DNA of 63,033 nt, counting the filler, from Asterionella formosa (lineage: Eukaryota), in assembly GCA_002256025.1 (NCBI GenBank). It is 19 parts of 19 records of this genome, joined end to end, with 100 filler letters (N's around TTAATTAATTAA, not from the genome) between each part and the next. Parts side by side here need not be neighbours in the genome. Positions count along the whole stretch, not along the records: positions 61,796 to 63,033 come from NKIB01003483.1; 18 more parts are not named here. One strand, 5' to 3'. The notes under the pieces were generated by a model. That model ran no database searches, was not told the DNA's origin, and saw only the letters and a list, made by a program, of their open reading frames with translations. Positions 61,863 to 63,033 of the stretch are shown here, piece after piece (position 1 is the stretch's first letter; each line of letters begins with the position of its first letter). The translations under genes were made by a program, and so were the position numbers.

Positions 61863-63033
61863 ATGCCTAGATGGGAAGAAGATGTCAAACGGTTGAAAGC
61901 GAATGATCCAAGTTTGACTACAATTAATCTCGGAAGTAATTCAATTGGTGTTGACGGAGCCAAGGCCATTGCAGAGGCTCTCAAGGTCAATACTGTCTTG
62001 ACTAAACTTGATGTCGATCATAATTCAATTGGTAATAATTTACTAAATGATATTCAAAAACTGGTTGATACAAACAAGAACCGCAAACCAACAGCAGCCA
62101 ACACAACTCATCATTCACCATCAACAACGACAACAAATGCAGCACAATCTTCTTCCCCAGCCACTCCAACACCAAGCAATAACAATCCCACTGATCCAAT
62201 TTCCATAGGCCGGTCGAAAATGAAGGAGGCCATGGAAAATGTGAATTCAAGACCAATCGAGCTTCCTGTGGAATTCATTACTTATTGTACAAACAACTTT
62301 GATGATGCCTTCAAACTTGGTGAAGGCGGTTTTGGTGCTGTCTACAAAGGCAAGGATGACAATCGGTATTTTGCTGTTAAACGCATTCTTTTCAATATCG
62401 CTGTTGAGAACGATTTAGTGCAGGAAGTTAGCAAAACTTTCAAAATTGAATTGGAGGTGAGCTCATGTGTGGTATCATCTATTGGATGTTGTTTCAATTC
62501 TTTATGTTTCTCATTCTTCTCTTTTACTATTTCAGGCATTAAGGAGGTTCCAACACCCCCATATTGTATCTTTGTATGGCTATCATTTGTCCCCTGGTTC
62601 GCCTTCTCAATACCTGGTGTATGAGTTTGCATCCAGGGGTTCGCTTGATACATTTCATGCAAGTGAACAAAGCATGGCAAGTCTCTCAAGTGAGAGACGA
62701 CTTCGAATCATGTTTGACATTATTCGTGCCATCCACTGCCTTCATACTGATACAAAGGACAACCACATTCTGTTTCATCGCGACATAAAGTCAGCTAATA
62801 TCTGTCTTGAACGAATCTATACTGCCAAACTGATTGATTGTGGTCTAGCCAAGTTTGTGCCTGTGAATGACTCCAGTTCAATCAGTGGAATTCCTTTTTC
62901 AGTTCGAAACACATCAGGTAGTGCAATCTTTGGGACACCTGGCTACATATGTCCATGGTATTCTCATGGGAGAAAGACATTTGAAGCATCATGTGATGTT
63001 TACTCATTTGGCATGGTCATGATTGAGCTTGTG
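61863..63033 (+). CDS. RI/NLRC3-type LRR plus Pelle/IRAK-like Ser/Thr kinase; intron 62457-62535; runs off the window
   Basis: 'LKANDPSLTTINL..NSIGVDGAKAIAEALKVNTVLT', a T/S-rich linker, then 'CTNNFDDAFKLGEGGFGAVYKG', 'FAVKR', and after splicing 'FQHPHIVSL', 'HRDIKSANI', 'IDCGLAK', 'GTPGY', 'DVYSFG'. Confidence 0.88.

Overview
Eukaryotic nuclear DNA, very probably from a diatom. The basis is a diatom-type 5S rRNA, short GT-AG introns, bipartite plastid-targeting N-termini and diatom-type SET, sulfotransferase-like and LRR gene families. The window is not one locus. It is about 19 unplaced contigs joined by artificial N-TTAATTAATTAA-N spacers (two of ~20 kb, the rest ~1,240 bp), so adjacency across spacers means nothing. 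Genes: a YtqB/MnmM-like methyltransferase, a Pol I-type 5'-3' nuclease with an extra N-terminal thumb-like segment, a fused TTM-triphosphatase/guanylyltransferase capping enzyme, a tandem SET protein, a head-to-head pair of membrane-anchored sulfotransferase-like paralogs, a PIF/Harbinger transposase, an LRR-Pelle/IRAK-like kinase, several fragments, and PGRL1 and CDK pseudogenes. Mobile DNA: an RT-less Gypsy element with both LTRs and a TSD, a tRNA-derived SINE-like family, TTAA-specific and TA-specific MITEs, and other relics. The most interesting signal is a linked transposon-scar system. The abundant TA-CCGG-TA / TA-CCWGG-TA motifs appear as discrete insertions at TA sites in at least four paralogous pairs. 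They match the termini of a small TA-flanked MITE (CCTG...CTGG), and the Gypsy element uses their CCWGG core as its target site. All homology calls come from motif recognition, not database searches.
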